Origin: Acidobacteriota bacterium
Lineage (GTDB): Bacteria; Acidobacteriota; Thermoanaerobaculia; Multivoradales; JBCCEF01
DNA: 64,000 nt
Assembly: GCA_039030395.1 (NCBI GenBank)
Contig: JBCCEF010000001.1
Coordinates: 417,315-481,314 of the forward strand
Direction: 5' to 3'
Below, piece after piece: positions 13,688 to 24,703 of this stretch (its first letter is position 1; each line of letters opens with the position of its first letter). Both the position numbers and the translations under genes were made by a program. The notes under the pieces were generated by a model, which worked only from the letters and a program-made list of their open reading frames with translations, did not search any database and was not told the DNA's origin.

Positions 13688-15019
13688 ATGAAAAACATCC
13701 TCATCCTCGGCGCCGGGCAGAGCGCGCCGCTCCTGATTCGCGACCTTCTCCACCACGCCGGGGAGCATGACTGGCGGGTGACCGTAGCCGATTTGAACCG
13801 CGAGGCCGCGGCGGCGCGGCTGGAGGGGAATCCGCGCGGTCGCGCCATCACCTTCGACGCCGAGGCGGGGGGTGACGAGATCACCGCGGCGGACCTGGTG
13901 GTGAATCTGCTGCCGCCGAGCTTCCAGGCGCCGATCGCCGAGCAGTGCGTGGCGGCCGGCCGGCCGATGATCTCCGCCTCCTATACGGCACCGGCAACGC
14001 GCGAATTGGACGCCGCGGCCCGGGAGCGCGGGGTGCTGATCCTCACCGAAATGGGCCTCGACCCGGGCATCGACCACATGTCCACCATGGAACTGCTCGA
14101 CCGCCTAGCCCGGGAAGGAGCCGTGGTGGAGAGCTTCGAGTCCTACGGCAGCGGCGTGCCGGCGACGGACTCGGTGGACAACCCCTTCGGCTACGCCATC
14201 ACCTGGAACCCCAGGAACGTGGTGCTGGCGGCACGCGACGGCGCGCAGTTCCTGCGCGGCGGCCGAGTGCAGGTGGCGCCCTGGATGCGCATCTTCGAGG
14301 AGTCGTGGACCGTGGAGGTACCCGGCGTCGGCCCGATGGACGCCTACCCCAACCGCGACTCCCTGGCCTATCGCGAGATTTTCCGCTTGGGCGACGCCCG
14401 CACCTTGATCCGCGGCACCCTGCGCCACGCCGGCTACTGTGCCCTGTGGCGCCACGTGGTCCGCATCGGCCTGGCGAACGACGCCCTGGAGATTCCGGGA
14501 CTAGCGGAGCTGAGCTTCCGAGAGCTGACGGACATGTTCCTGCCCGACGGCCTGCCCGGCCGCAGTGTCGAGGAGCGCGCCGCCGCCTACCTCCGACTCG
14601 ACCCCGACGGCGGCGAAATGGCCGGCCTAAGGTGGCTGGGGCTGTTTTCGTCCGACGAGCCGGTGGCGGTGGACGGCACCGCCGTCGACGCTCTGGTGGC
14701 GCTCCTTTACCGCAAGTTCAAACTGCCGGAGGGCGGCCGGGACATGGTGATCTTGCAGCACCAGCTCGGCGTCCGCCGTGAAGACGGCCGTCGTGAGCGC
14801 ATCACCTCCTGGATGGTGGAGCACGGCGAACCCGGCGGCATCACCGCCATGGCCCGCACCGTCGGCCTGCCGGCGGCGATCGCGGCGCGGCTGGTGTTGA
14901 CCGGGCAGCTCACCGAGACGGGGGTTCACATCCCGACGACGCCGGCCTTCTACGAGCCGGTGCTGGCGGAGCTGGACAAGGCCGGGATTCAATTCACGGA
15001 GAAGAGCGAGTCGGGCTAG
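13688..15019 (+). CDS. Saccharopine dehydrogenase family NAD(P)-binding oxidoreductase
   Basis: 443 aa. The N-terminal Rossmann motif ILILGAGQSAP matches the saccharopine dehydrogenase family, and the length and architecture fit that family. Confidence 0.6.
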   Translation: MKNILILGAGQSAPLLIRDLLHHAGEHDWRVTVADLNREAAAARLEGNPRGRAITFDAEAGGDEITAADLVVNLLPPSFQAPIAEQCVAAGRPMISASYTAPATRELDAAARERGVLILTEMGLDPGIDHMSTMELLDRLAREGAVVESFESYGSGVPATDSVDNPFGYAITWNPRNVVLAARDGAQFLRGGRVQVAPWMRIFEESWTVEVPGVGPMDAYPNRDSLAYREIFRLGDARTLIRGTLRHAGYCALWRHVVRIGLANDALEIPGLAELSFRELTDMFLPDGLPGRSVEERAAAYLRLDPDGGEMAGLRWLGLFSSDEPVAVDGTAVDALVALLYRKFKLPEGGRDMVILQHQLGVRREDGRRERITSWMVEHGEPGGITAMARTVGLPAAIAARLVLTGQLTETGVHIPTTPAFYEPVLAELDKAGIQFTEKSESG

Positions 15020-15530
15020 TGTGCGGCTCCCGGTCCGCGTGCCGAACGAAGACTGCGCGCACCTCGTCTCGCTTCCTGGGTAAGGCCATGTCGACCGGAA
15101 GTTGACCGCACGCCTCGGCAACCGCCGGATCGGCGCCGTAGGCCAGGAGAAGCTCAATCACCCTGACGTAGCCGTGCGCCGAGGCCTTGTGCAAGGCGGT
15201 TTCGCCCCCGTCGTCCGGCCGATTGGGATCGGACCCGGCTTTCAGCAAGGCGCGACAAACGTCCTCGTGCCCGAGCTGCGCCGCGTTGTGTAGTGGTGAA
15301 TCGTCGCCCGCAACTCCTTGAGGGTTCGCGCCGCGAGCAAGGAGCCAGTTCACGACATCAATCTGGTTCTCCACGGCAAAGAAATGCAGGGCGGACTCCG
15401 AATCGCCGTAGACGGGATAGTCGATCAATCCCGGATACCTCTTGAGCAAACGTTCAGCCTTCATGCGATCGCCGATCAGCGCAGCGCGAAACGCATGGGC
15501 GTTGTCCTTCATGCTCGTTTTCTCTGACAT
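14994..15530 (-). CDS. Ankyrin-repeat protein
   Basis: Three to four ankyrin repeats (SPLHNAAQLGHEDVCRALLKAGSDPN; ETALHKASAHGYVRVIELLLAYGADP). Confidence 0.7.
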   Translation of the reverse strand: MSEKTSMKDNAHAFRAALIGDRMKAERLLKRYPGLIDYPVYGDSESALHFFAVENQIDVVNWLLARGANPQGVAGDDSPLHNAAQLGHEDVCRALLKAGSDPNRPDDGGETALHKASAHGYVRVIELLLAYGADPAVAEACGQLPVDMALPRKRDEVRAVFVRHADREPHTSPTRSSP

Positions 15531-15549
15531 GACTTTGGCTTCCCCTCGA

Positions 15550-16005
15550 CTACGGCGTCACGCAGCGCCCCGCTTCACAGACCGCCGATTCCGGCGGCGC
15601 GGCGCAGCGGCAGACGCCGCCGGAGCATTCGAGGTCCCGAAACCGATCGACCAGCGGCCGCTTCACCGCTTCGGTGACCTCGACGGACACCGCGTAGTAG
15701 CAACCGCCCAGGCCCACGGCGCAGTCGCCGGCCACAACGTGGCAATCTTCGTCCGCCGAACAGGCGGATTGCTCCTCCATCAGCTCGCCGTAGGACATGG
15801 CCACGGCTTCGCAGTCGTCCAAGGCGGCGGCCTGCTGCGCGACCGAGGCTTCGGAAGGCGGGTTCGACGAGGCGGACTCCGACTCATCGGCCCGAGGCGC
15901 TGCCCGGGAGACCCCGCCACAGGCGACGGATAGGCCGAGCCACAGCGCCAGGCCCGCGGCGACGGTCAACCGGTTGAAGGATGGGGAAACACCAGAATTC
16001 TTCAT
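15550..16005 (-). CDS. Cysteine-rich putative lipoprotein
   Basis: Signal peptide with a lipobox-like LSVAC. The mature part is acidic with about 10 Cys. The opposite-strand ORF 15797..16063 does not look protein-like. Confidence 0.4.
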   Translation of the reverse strand: MKNSGVSPSFNRLTVAAGLALWLGLSVACGGVSRAAPRADESESASSNPPSEASVAQQAAALDDCEAVAMSYGELMEEQSACSADEDCHVVAGDCAVGLGGCYYAVSVEVTEAVKRPLVDRFRDLECSGGVCRCAAPPESAVCEAGRCVTP

Positions 16006-16063
16006 TCGCAGAGTCTACCCGGCTCGTCAAATCGACGCGTCCCGCTGGGCTATCATCCCCGCC

Positions 16064-16720
16064 ATGAATCTCTTGCATACATCCCATATCCCCGCCGGTT
16101 CCGGTCCGTTTCCCACCCTTATCGCCCTCCACGGTTGGGGTGCGAGCGCTCACGACCTCCTCGGTTTGGCCCCCTGGCTGGCCGGCGGCAAAGCGCTAGT
16201 TCTCTGCCCCCAGGGCCAGGTCACGCTGCCCCTCGGAGGGGGCGTCGAAGGCTACGGCTGGTTTCCCCTCGTCCCCGGCCAGCCGCCGTCTGAGGAGGTC
16301 TTCGATCAGGCCCGGCAAGCTCTGCACACCTTCGTCACCGAAGCGCGCGACCGTTACCCAATGGATCCGGAGCGCACCGCCGTCCTCGGCTTCTCCCAGG
16401 GAGGGGTGATGGCCTACGACCTGGTGCTGCGTTCGCCGGAGGAGTTCAGCGGCCTGGCGGCCTTGTCGTCCTGGCTGCCGGAGCCGCTGGCCGAGGCGGT
16501 GGCGCCCCGGCCGGAGCACCGCGAGCTGCCGACTCTGCTGGTGCACGGCATCGGCGACGCGGTGATTGATATCGAACGCGCCCGCGAATCGCGAGAGACC
16601 CTCCGCCGCTTCGAAGTGAGCCTCACCTACCGTGAGTTCGAGATGGAGCACGAGATCCGGCCGGAAGCGCTGACGCTGATCGGCGATTGGCTGATCCGGC
16701 GGGCCTTCGGGCAGGTCTAG
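16064..16720 (+). CDS. Alpha/beta hydrolase, phospholipase/carboxylesterase family
   Basis: Begins MNLLHTSHIPAGSGPFPTLIALHGWGAS. Contains GFSQGG (nucleophile elbow, GxSxG) and a catalytic Asp/His downstream (HGIGDAVID...MEHEI). The track ORF 15797.. was trimmed to the ATG at 16064. Confidence 0.7.
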   Translation: MNLLHTSHIPAGSGPFPTLIALHGWGASAHDLLGLAPWLAGGKALVLCPQGQVTLPLGGGVEGYGWFPLVPGQPPSEEVFDQARQALHTFVTEARDRYPMDPERTAVLGFSQGGVMAYDLVLRSPEEFSGLAALSSWLPEPLAEAVAPRPEHRELPTLLVHGIGDAVIDIERARESRETLRRFEVSLTYREFEMEHEIRPEALTLIGDWLIRRAFGQV

Positions 16721-16765
16721 CCTGCCTTGAACGCCGCCCCAGGGCGGGCCGTACAATAGAGCAGT

Positions 16766-17440
16766 ATGAACGTACCTCTCGTCACCTTCGGATCGCACCT
16801 CCGTCACCGGACCGCCGGCGGCCTGGCGCTGTGCCTGCTTTTGGGTCTTCTGATACCCCTCGCCGGCTGCCGCAGCGCCGAGTTCAAGCAGGCCGATGCC
16901 GCGGAGGTCCACCTTCTGGTGTCGGCCTTGGGCCTGAAAGAAGGCGACGTGGTCGCCGACGTGGGTGCCGGCTGGGGTGAGTGGGCCGAGGCCCTGGCGC
17001 AACATGTCGGCCCCACCGGCCGGGTGTACGCGACGGAGCTCGACGACGAGCAGCTCCACGGCATCCGGCGCCGCTTCGTGGCAGCGGGAATCCGCAACGG
17101 CGAGGTGCTGCGCGGCACGGACCGCGAAACCGGCCTGCCGGCCGGGTGCTGCGATGTGGTGCTTCTCCGCCGGGTATACCACCACTTCGTGGACCCGACG
17201 GCGATGAACCTGAGCCTACGCCGGGCGCTCCGCCCCGGCGGCTTGCTGGCGGTGGTGGACTACAGCACCTACGACGGTGCCAGCGTTGCCGGGGTGCCGG
17301 AGAACCGCGAATCCCACAGCGTGCGGCCGGACATCGTCGTTCGCGAAACGGCGGAGTTTGGCTTCGAGGAAGTCGAGGTGATCACGCCCTGGAACGGCCG
17401 TGATGACGTCTACTGCCTGCTCCTGAGGCGAACCGAATGA
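16766..17440 (+). CDS. Class I SAM-dependent methyltransferase (signal-peptide bearing)
   Basis: Motif I VADVGAGWGEWAE. The N-terminus is hydrophobic (LALCLLLGLLIPLAGC). Confidence 0.6.
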   Translation: MNVPLVTFGSHLRHRTAGGLALCLLLGLLIPLAGCRSAEFKQADAAEVHLLVSALGLKEGDVVADVGAGWGEWAEALAQHVGPTGRVYATELDDEQLHGIRRRFVAAGIRNGEVLRGTDRETGLPAGCCDVVLLRRVYHHFVDPTAMNLSLRRALRPGGLLAVVDYSTYDGASVAGVPENRESHSVRPDIVVRETAEFGFEEVEVITPWNGRDDVYCLLLRRTE

Positions 17441-17898
17441 CCGAAGCGTCGACGGTCGCCGAGGTCGAAGTGCGCGAGGTTCGGACGCCCGCTGAGCTGG
17501 AAGAGGCCTTGGAGATTCGCCGCCAGGTGTTCGTCATCGGCCAGGACTGCCCGCCGGAGGAAGAATTCGACGAGTTCGAGGAACTCGCCCGCCAGTTCGT
17601 CGCTCGAGTCCAAGGCCAACCGGCGGCAACCGCCCGCTGGCGCCGGGTGGAGACGGCCGACGGAGCAGCCGCCAAACTCGAACGCTTCGCGGTGCTGAAG
17701 GAGTTCCGCGGCCACGGCCTCGGCCGCCGGATGGTCGAGCACCTGATCGCCGACGCCCGGCGCCTCGGCCACCGGCGAATGGTGCTGCACGCGCAATCGC
17801 ACCTGGCCGGCCTTTACGGCTCCTATGGATTCGAACCGCAGGGCGAGGAGTTCGAGGAAGCGGGCATCCCCCACCTCAAGATGGTTTTGGCGGGGTAG
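17437..17898 (+). CDS. GNAT family N-acetyltransferase
   Basis: Acetyl-CoA binding motif RGHGLGRRMVEHLIADARRLG. It overlaps the upstream methyltransferase gene by 4 nt. Confidence 0.7.
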   Translation: MTEASTVAEVEVREVRTPAELEEALEIRRQVFVIGQDCPPEEEFDEFEELARQFVARVQGQPAATARWRRVETADGAAAKLERFAVLKEFRGHGLGRRMVEHLIADARRLGHRRMVLHAQSHLAGLYGSYGFEPQGEEFEEAGIPHLKMVLAG

Positions 17899-17904
17899 GA
17901 TCTC

Positions 17905-18285
17905 TCAGCCGCCGACCACCGCATCGGCCTCGATCTCGATCAGCATCGCCGGATCGATCAGTGCCTTCACCTCCACCATGGTGGTCGCCGGAGGATGGTC
18001 TCCAAAGGCTTCCCGATGCGCCCGGCCGTACTCTTCCCAGCGGCGGATGTCGGTGACGAACATGCGGGTGCGCACCACCGACGAGAGATCGGCCTCGAAG
18101 CCCTGGAGGGCTCTGGCGATCAGCTCGATCGAACGGCGAGCCTGCTCGTAGGCATCGCCCGGCGCGTGGACACCGCCGCCCTCGGCCACCGGCGCGGTGC
18201 CGGTCACGTAGATGTGGGGGCCGGCCTTGACCGCGCGGCAGTAGCCCACGATCTCTTCCCAGGGTGCGTGCGAGTAAACCCGTTC
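17905..18285 (-). CDS. RidA/YjgF/L-PSP family protein
   Basis: C-terminal RidA signature (RTRMFVTDIRRWEEYGRAHREAFGDHPPATTMVEV). ORF 17905..18330 was trimmed to the MERVYSHAPW start. Confidence 0.6.
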   Translation of the reverse strand, partial: ERVYSHAPWEEIVGYCRAVKAGPHIYVTGTAPVAEGGGVHAPGDAYEQARRSIELIARALQGFEADLSSVVRTRMFVTDIRRWEEYGRAHREAFGDHPPATTMVEVKALIDPAMLIEIEADAVVGG

Positions 18286-18443
18286 CATGATCAACATCCG
18301 TCCTCGGCCGTTCAAAGACACTGAAATCATATCCGGCCAACCCCTCCAGGACGCCGGCAGCCGGAGGCGGCGGGGGAAACCTGAAGGACGGCCTATACAA
18401 TCAGCACGACCGAACAGTTCTCATACTTCGGGAGGCTCCTCGC

Positions 18444-20906
<2,463 letters not shown>

Positions 20907-20912
20907 CACCCC

Positions 20913-21443
20913 GTGAAACCGCTCTACCCGCGGCGTCGACTCGGCCGCAAGCGCTATTTCGTTCTGCTGCTGATCATCGGCGTTGTCTGGCTGATATCGG
21001 AGGCCGGCTCGCTTTGGAAGGGTCGCTCGGCTCCCGCACCGGCCCCGGAGCCGCTCGAAGCCCCGCCGCCGGGCACCCGGCAACCGGCGGATCCGACCGC
21101 ATCGATGAGCGTGCCGGAGCGGCGGGCCGGCGCGGCGCGGATCGTCGAAGCCTTTGCCTCACGGGAGTCCGGCGTGTGGGTGGAGGCCGCCGGCCTCATC
21201 GTCCGCCACCTGCCGGACGATAACGACGGCTCCCGCCACCAGCGTTTCATCGTGGAGGTCCGGCCCGGCCACACCGTTCTCTTGAGCCACAATATCGACC
21301 TCGAACCGCCCCTCGACGCGGGGGTCGGCGACTCCCTCGTCTTCCGTGGCCGCTACGAGTGGAACGACCGCGGCGGTGTGATCCACTGGACCCACCCGGA
21401 CCCCCAGGGGCGTCACGGCGGCGGCTGGGTGCGGGTGGAGTAG
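20913..21443 (+). CDS. DUF3465-like protein (N-terminal TM anchor)
   Basis: 176 aa with a TM helix (YFVLLLIIGVVWLI). The C-terminal block is HQRFIVEV...GDSLVFRGRYEWNDRGGVIHWTH. The family assignment is from memory only. Confidence 0.45.
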   Translation: MKPLYPRRRLGRKRYFVLLLIIGVVWLISEAGSLWKGRSAPAPAPEPLEAPPPGTRQPADPTASMSVPERRAGAARIVEAFASRESGVWVEAAGLIVRHLPDDNDGSRHQRFIVEVRPGHTVLLSHNIDLEPPLDAGVGDSLVFRGRYEWNDRGGVIHWTHPDPQGRHGGGWVRVE

Positions 21444-21507
21444 GCGGACCCGCAGTGGAGAGGTAGCAGAACTTCAATTTACGCCCTATTTACGCTAATA
21501 TCGGGCA

Positions 21508-24500
21508 ATGAAGGCCTTCCCCTACGCCGAACTGCGGGCCGCTTCCAGCTTCTCTTTTCTGGATGGCGCTTCGCCGCCGGAGGATCTCGTCGCCCGGGCG
21601 GCGGAGGTGGGTTTGGGCACCATGGCGCTGGTGGACAAGAACGGCGTCTACGGTGCGCCGCGCTTCCACAAGGCGGCGCGGCAAGCCGGCCTGCGCGCCC
21701 TGGTGGGAGCGGAGATCGCCCTCGACGAGGGAACCACGGAGAGGGAGGACGATCCGCCGCGGCTCACCCTCCTGGTCAAGGACCGCGCCGGCTACCGCAA
21801 CCTCTGCCGCCTGCTGACGGCGGCGGCGCGGGATCGGCCGAAGGGCCAGGCGCGGGCGAGCTGGGACCTGGTCGCCGAGCACTCGGGCGGCCTCCACGCC
21901 CTCTCCGGCGGCGAGGAGGGACCCTTCCAGCGAGCGCTGGCGGCGCGCGGTGCGGACGGCGGGCGGGACGGCGGCCGCCGAGTGCTGGAGAAAGTCGCCG
22001 GCATCTTCGACGGCCGCCTGCACGTTGAACTCCAGCGCCACTTCCAGCGCGACGAAGAGCACCGCAACGAAGCGGCCGTCGATCTCGCCCGGCGGCTGCG
22101 GTTGCCGCTGGTCGCCACCAACGGCGTGCGCTACGCGCGGCGCCGGGACAAGGCGCTGCACGATGTGCAAACGGCCATTCGCCTGCGCACCCCGCTCGAT
22201 GCCGCCGGCCGCCGCCTGGCGGCGCAGCGGGAGCGCCAGGTGGTGGGGCCGGCGGAGATGGCGCGGCGCTTCGCCGACCGGCCGGCGGCGGTGGCAGAGA
22301 GCGCCGCCCTCGCCGCCGAGATGAGCTTTACTCTCCGCGATCTCGGCTACCGCTTCCCCAACTATCCGCTGCCCCCCGGCGAGAGCCTGGCCAGCTACCT
22401 GCGCCAGGTCACCTGGAACGCCGCCCGGGCGCGCTTCCAACCCCTGACCGGCCGCGCTCAGGACCAGATCGCCCACGAGCTGGCGCTGATCGAGAAGCTC
22501 GACCTCGCCGGCTACTTCCTGATCGTGTGGGACATCGTGCGCTTCTGCCAACGCGAAGGGATCCTCGCCCAGGGGCGCGGCTCGGCGGCCAACAGTGCCG
22601 TGTGCTACGCCCTGTCGATCACCGCCGTCGATCCGGTGAAGATGGAGCTGCTGTTCGAGCGTTTTTTGTCGGAAGAGCGCGGCGAATGGCCGGACATCGA
22701 CCTCGACCTGCCCTCCGGCGAGCGCCGGGAGCGGGTGATCCAGTACGTCTACCAGCGCTACGGCGCCCACGGCGCCGCCATGACCGCCAACGTCATCACC
22801 TACCGGGAGCGCTCGGCGGCGCGCGAGGTGGCCAAGGCGCTGGGCTTCTCGCCGGCCCAGGAGGATCGCCTGGCGCGCCGCCTCGGGAGCTGGCGGCGGG
22901 ACGTCCACGCCGGTCAGCCGAAGGTGCTGGCCGAGGAAATCCGCGCCGCCGGCCTCGATCCGGACGAACACCGGGTGCGGCTCTTCGCGGACCTCTGGCA
23001 GCGCATCCAGAACCTCCCCCGCCACCTCGGCCAGCACTCCGGCGGCATGGTGATCGCCGCCGGCCGCCTCGACGAGGTGGTGCCCCTGGAGCCGGCGGCG
23101 ATGCCCGGTCGCGTCGTGGTGCAGTGGGACAAGGAGGACTGCGCCGACCTCGGCATCATCAAAATCGATCTTCTGGGCCTGGGGATGCTCAACGCGCTGG
23201 AAGAGGCGGTGCCGACCATCCTGCGGGAAGAAGGCGTGCACTTGGACCTCGCCCACCTGCCGCCGGACGACCCGAAGACCTACCGGATGATCCGCGACGC
23301 CGACACGGTGGGGGTGTTCCAGATCGAGAGCCGGGCGCAGATGGCCTCCCTGCCGCGCAACGCCCCCGCCACCTTCTACGACCTGGTGATCCAGGTGGGC
23401 ATCATCCGCCCGGGGCCGATCGCCGGCAATCTGGCGAACCCCTTCTTCGAGCGGCGCCAGGGGCGCCAGGCGGTGACCTATCCGCACCCGGACCTCGAAC
23501 CGATTCTCGAGCGCACCCTGGGAGTGCCGATCTTCCAGGAGCAAATCCTGCGCATGGCGATGGTGGCGGCGGGCTTCTCCGGCGGCGAGGCGGAAGAGCT
23601 GCGGCGGGCGATGGGCTTCAAGCGCTCGGTGGAGGCGATGGAGCCCATCGAGCGGCGCCTGCGCGACGGCATGACCGCCCGCGGCATCACCGGGCAGGCG
23701 CAGGAACAGATCGTCCAGGCGATCACCTCCTTCGCCCTCTACGGCTTCCCGGAGTCCCACGCCGCCAGCTTCGCCTTGATCGCCTACGCCAGCGCCTACT
23801 TGAAGGCCCACCACCCGGTGGCCTTCTTCCTGTCGCTCTTGAATGCCTGGCCGATGGGCTTTTACCACCCGGCGACGCTGATCCGCGACGCCGAGCGCCA
23901 CGGGGTGGAGACCCGGCCGGTCGAGGTTGACCGCTCCGGCGTCCGCTGCCGCTGGGAGGACGGCGCCATCCGCCTTGGCCTCTGCTATGTCAAGGGGCTG
24001 CGGCGCGAGTCGGCGGAGGCCATCGAGGCGGAGCAACCCTTCCGGGACACCGAGGATCTCGCCCGCCGCGCCGCCCTGCGGAAGGGCGAGCTGGCGGCCC
24101 TCGCCGCCGTCGGAGCGCTCAGCGTCTTCGGCCTCACCCGCCGCCAGGCCCTGTGGCAAGCCGCCCGGGCGAGCCGCGACGCCGGACCGCTGTTGACCGC
24201 CCTGCCGGACGATGCGCCCTCGCCGCTACCGGAGATGACCGCTGTCGAGGAAACCTTCGAGGACTTCCGCATCGCCCGGGTCACCACCGGGCCGCACCCG
24301 ATGAAACACCTGCGGCCGCTCCTCGACCGCGCCGGCATCGTCGCCGCCGCAGAATTGCCGAAACGGCAAGACGCCACCCGCGTCACCACCGCCGGCTCGA
24401 TCATTGTCCGCCAGCGGCCGGGCACCGCCAAGGGGCTGCTGTTCATGACCCTAGAGGACGAAACGGGCATGTCCCAGGCGATCATCAGTCCAGACCTGCT

Positions 24501-24687
24501 GGAGGAATACCGCTCCCTGATCGTCGGCTCCACAGGCCTGATCGTCGAAGGCATCCTGCAGCAGCGGGACGGCTCCGTCTCCGTCAAAGCCGAGACCTTC
24601 CGGCCGCTGTCGTCCCTACGGGAGATGCAGCGGCAGGGCGAGGGCGAGCCGAAACTGGTGGCGGCGCCGAGCCATGATTTTCGCTGA
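21508..24687 (+). CDS. dnaE2: Error-prone DNA polymerase III alpha subunit
   Basis: 1059 aa. N-terminal PHP domain with the DnaE2-type start (YAELRAASSFSFLDGASPPEDLV). Shows the Pol IIIalpha palm, fingers and OB architecture. The length fits DnaE2 rather than DnaE1. Confidence 0.8.
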   Translation: MKAFPYAELRAASSFSFLDGASPPEDLVARAAEVGLGTMALVDKNGVYGAPRFHKAARQAGLRALVGAEIALDEGTTEREDDPPRLTLLVKDRAGYRNLCRLLTAAARDRPKGQARASWDLVAEHSGGLHALSGGEEGPFQRALAARGADGGRDGGRRVLEKVAGIFDGRLHVELQRHFQRDEEHRNEAAVDLARRLRLPLVATNGVRYARRRDKALHDVQTAIRLRTPLDAAGRRLAAQRERQVVGPAEMARRFADRPAAVAESAALAAEMSFTLRDLGYRFPNYPLPPGESLASYLRQVTWNAARARFQPLTGRAQDQIAHELALIEKLDLAGYFLIVWDIVRFCQREGILAQGRGSAANSAVCYALSITAVDPVKMELLFERFLSEERGEWPDIDLDLPSGERRERVIQYVYQRYGAHGAAMTANVITYRERSAAREVAKALGFSPAQEDRLARRLGSWRRDVHAGQPKVLAEEIRAAGLDPDEHRVRLFADLWQRIQNLPRHLGQHSGGMVIAAGRLDEVVPLEPAAMPGRVVVQWDKEDCADLGIIKIDLLGLGMLNALEEAVPTILREEGVHLDLAHLPPDDPKTYRMIRDADTVGVFQIESRAQMASLPRNAPATFYDLVIQVGIIRPGPIAGNLANPFFERRQGRQAVTYPHPDLEPILERTLGVPIFQEQILRMAMVAAGFSGGEAEELRRAMGFKRSVEAMEPIERRLRDGMTARGITGQAQEQIVQAITSFALYGFPESHAASFALIAYASAYLKAHHPVAFFLSLLNAWPMGFYHPATLIRDAERHGVETRPVEVDRSGVRCRWEDGAIRLGLCYVKGLRRESAEAIEAEQPFRDTEDLARRAALRKGELAALAAVGALSVFGLTRRQALWQAARASRDAGPLLTALPDDAPSPLPEMTAVEETFEDFRIARVTTGPHPMKHLRPLLDRAGIVAAAELPKRQDATRVTTAGSIIVRQRPGTAKGLLFMTLEDETGMSQAIISPDLLEEYRSLIVGSTGLIVEGILQQRDGSVSVKAETFRPLSSLREMQRQGEGEPKLVAAPSHDFR

Positions 24688-24703
24688 GGAGGTTGCCGCT
24701 GGC

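Noticed and set aside
15797-16063. N-terminal extension of the esterase ORF that overlaps the opposite-strand lipoprotein gene.
   Set aside because: The extension is not protein-like. The conserved esterase start MNLLHTS... begins at 16064, and the minus-strand ORF has a clean signal peptide and lipobox.
21444-21507. Searched the dnaE2 leader for a LexA box.
   Set aside because: No CTGT-N8-ACAG, GAAC-N4-GTTC or GTTC-N7-GTTC is present. Only the ATTTACGC direct repeat was found, and it is reported as a finding.
21490-24159. 889-aa ORF on the minus strand, antisense to dnaE2. Similar long antisense ORFs occur at 10380..11996 opposite thiC, 49584..51221 opposite the helicase, 55262..56593 opposite gdhA and 24674..26416 opposite the amidase.
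   Set aside because: High GC suppresses stop codons in antisense frames. The sense-strand genes have unambiguous conserved catalytic motifs. The antisense translations are Arg/Ala/Gly-rich, low-complexity and lack motifs.
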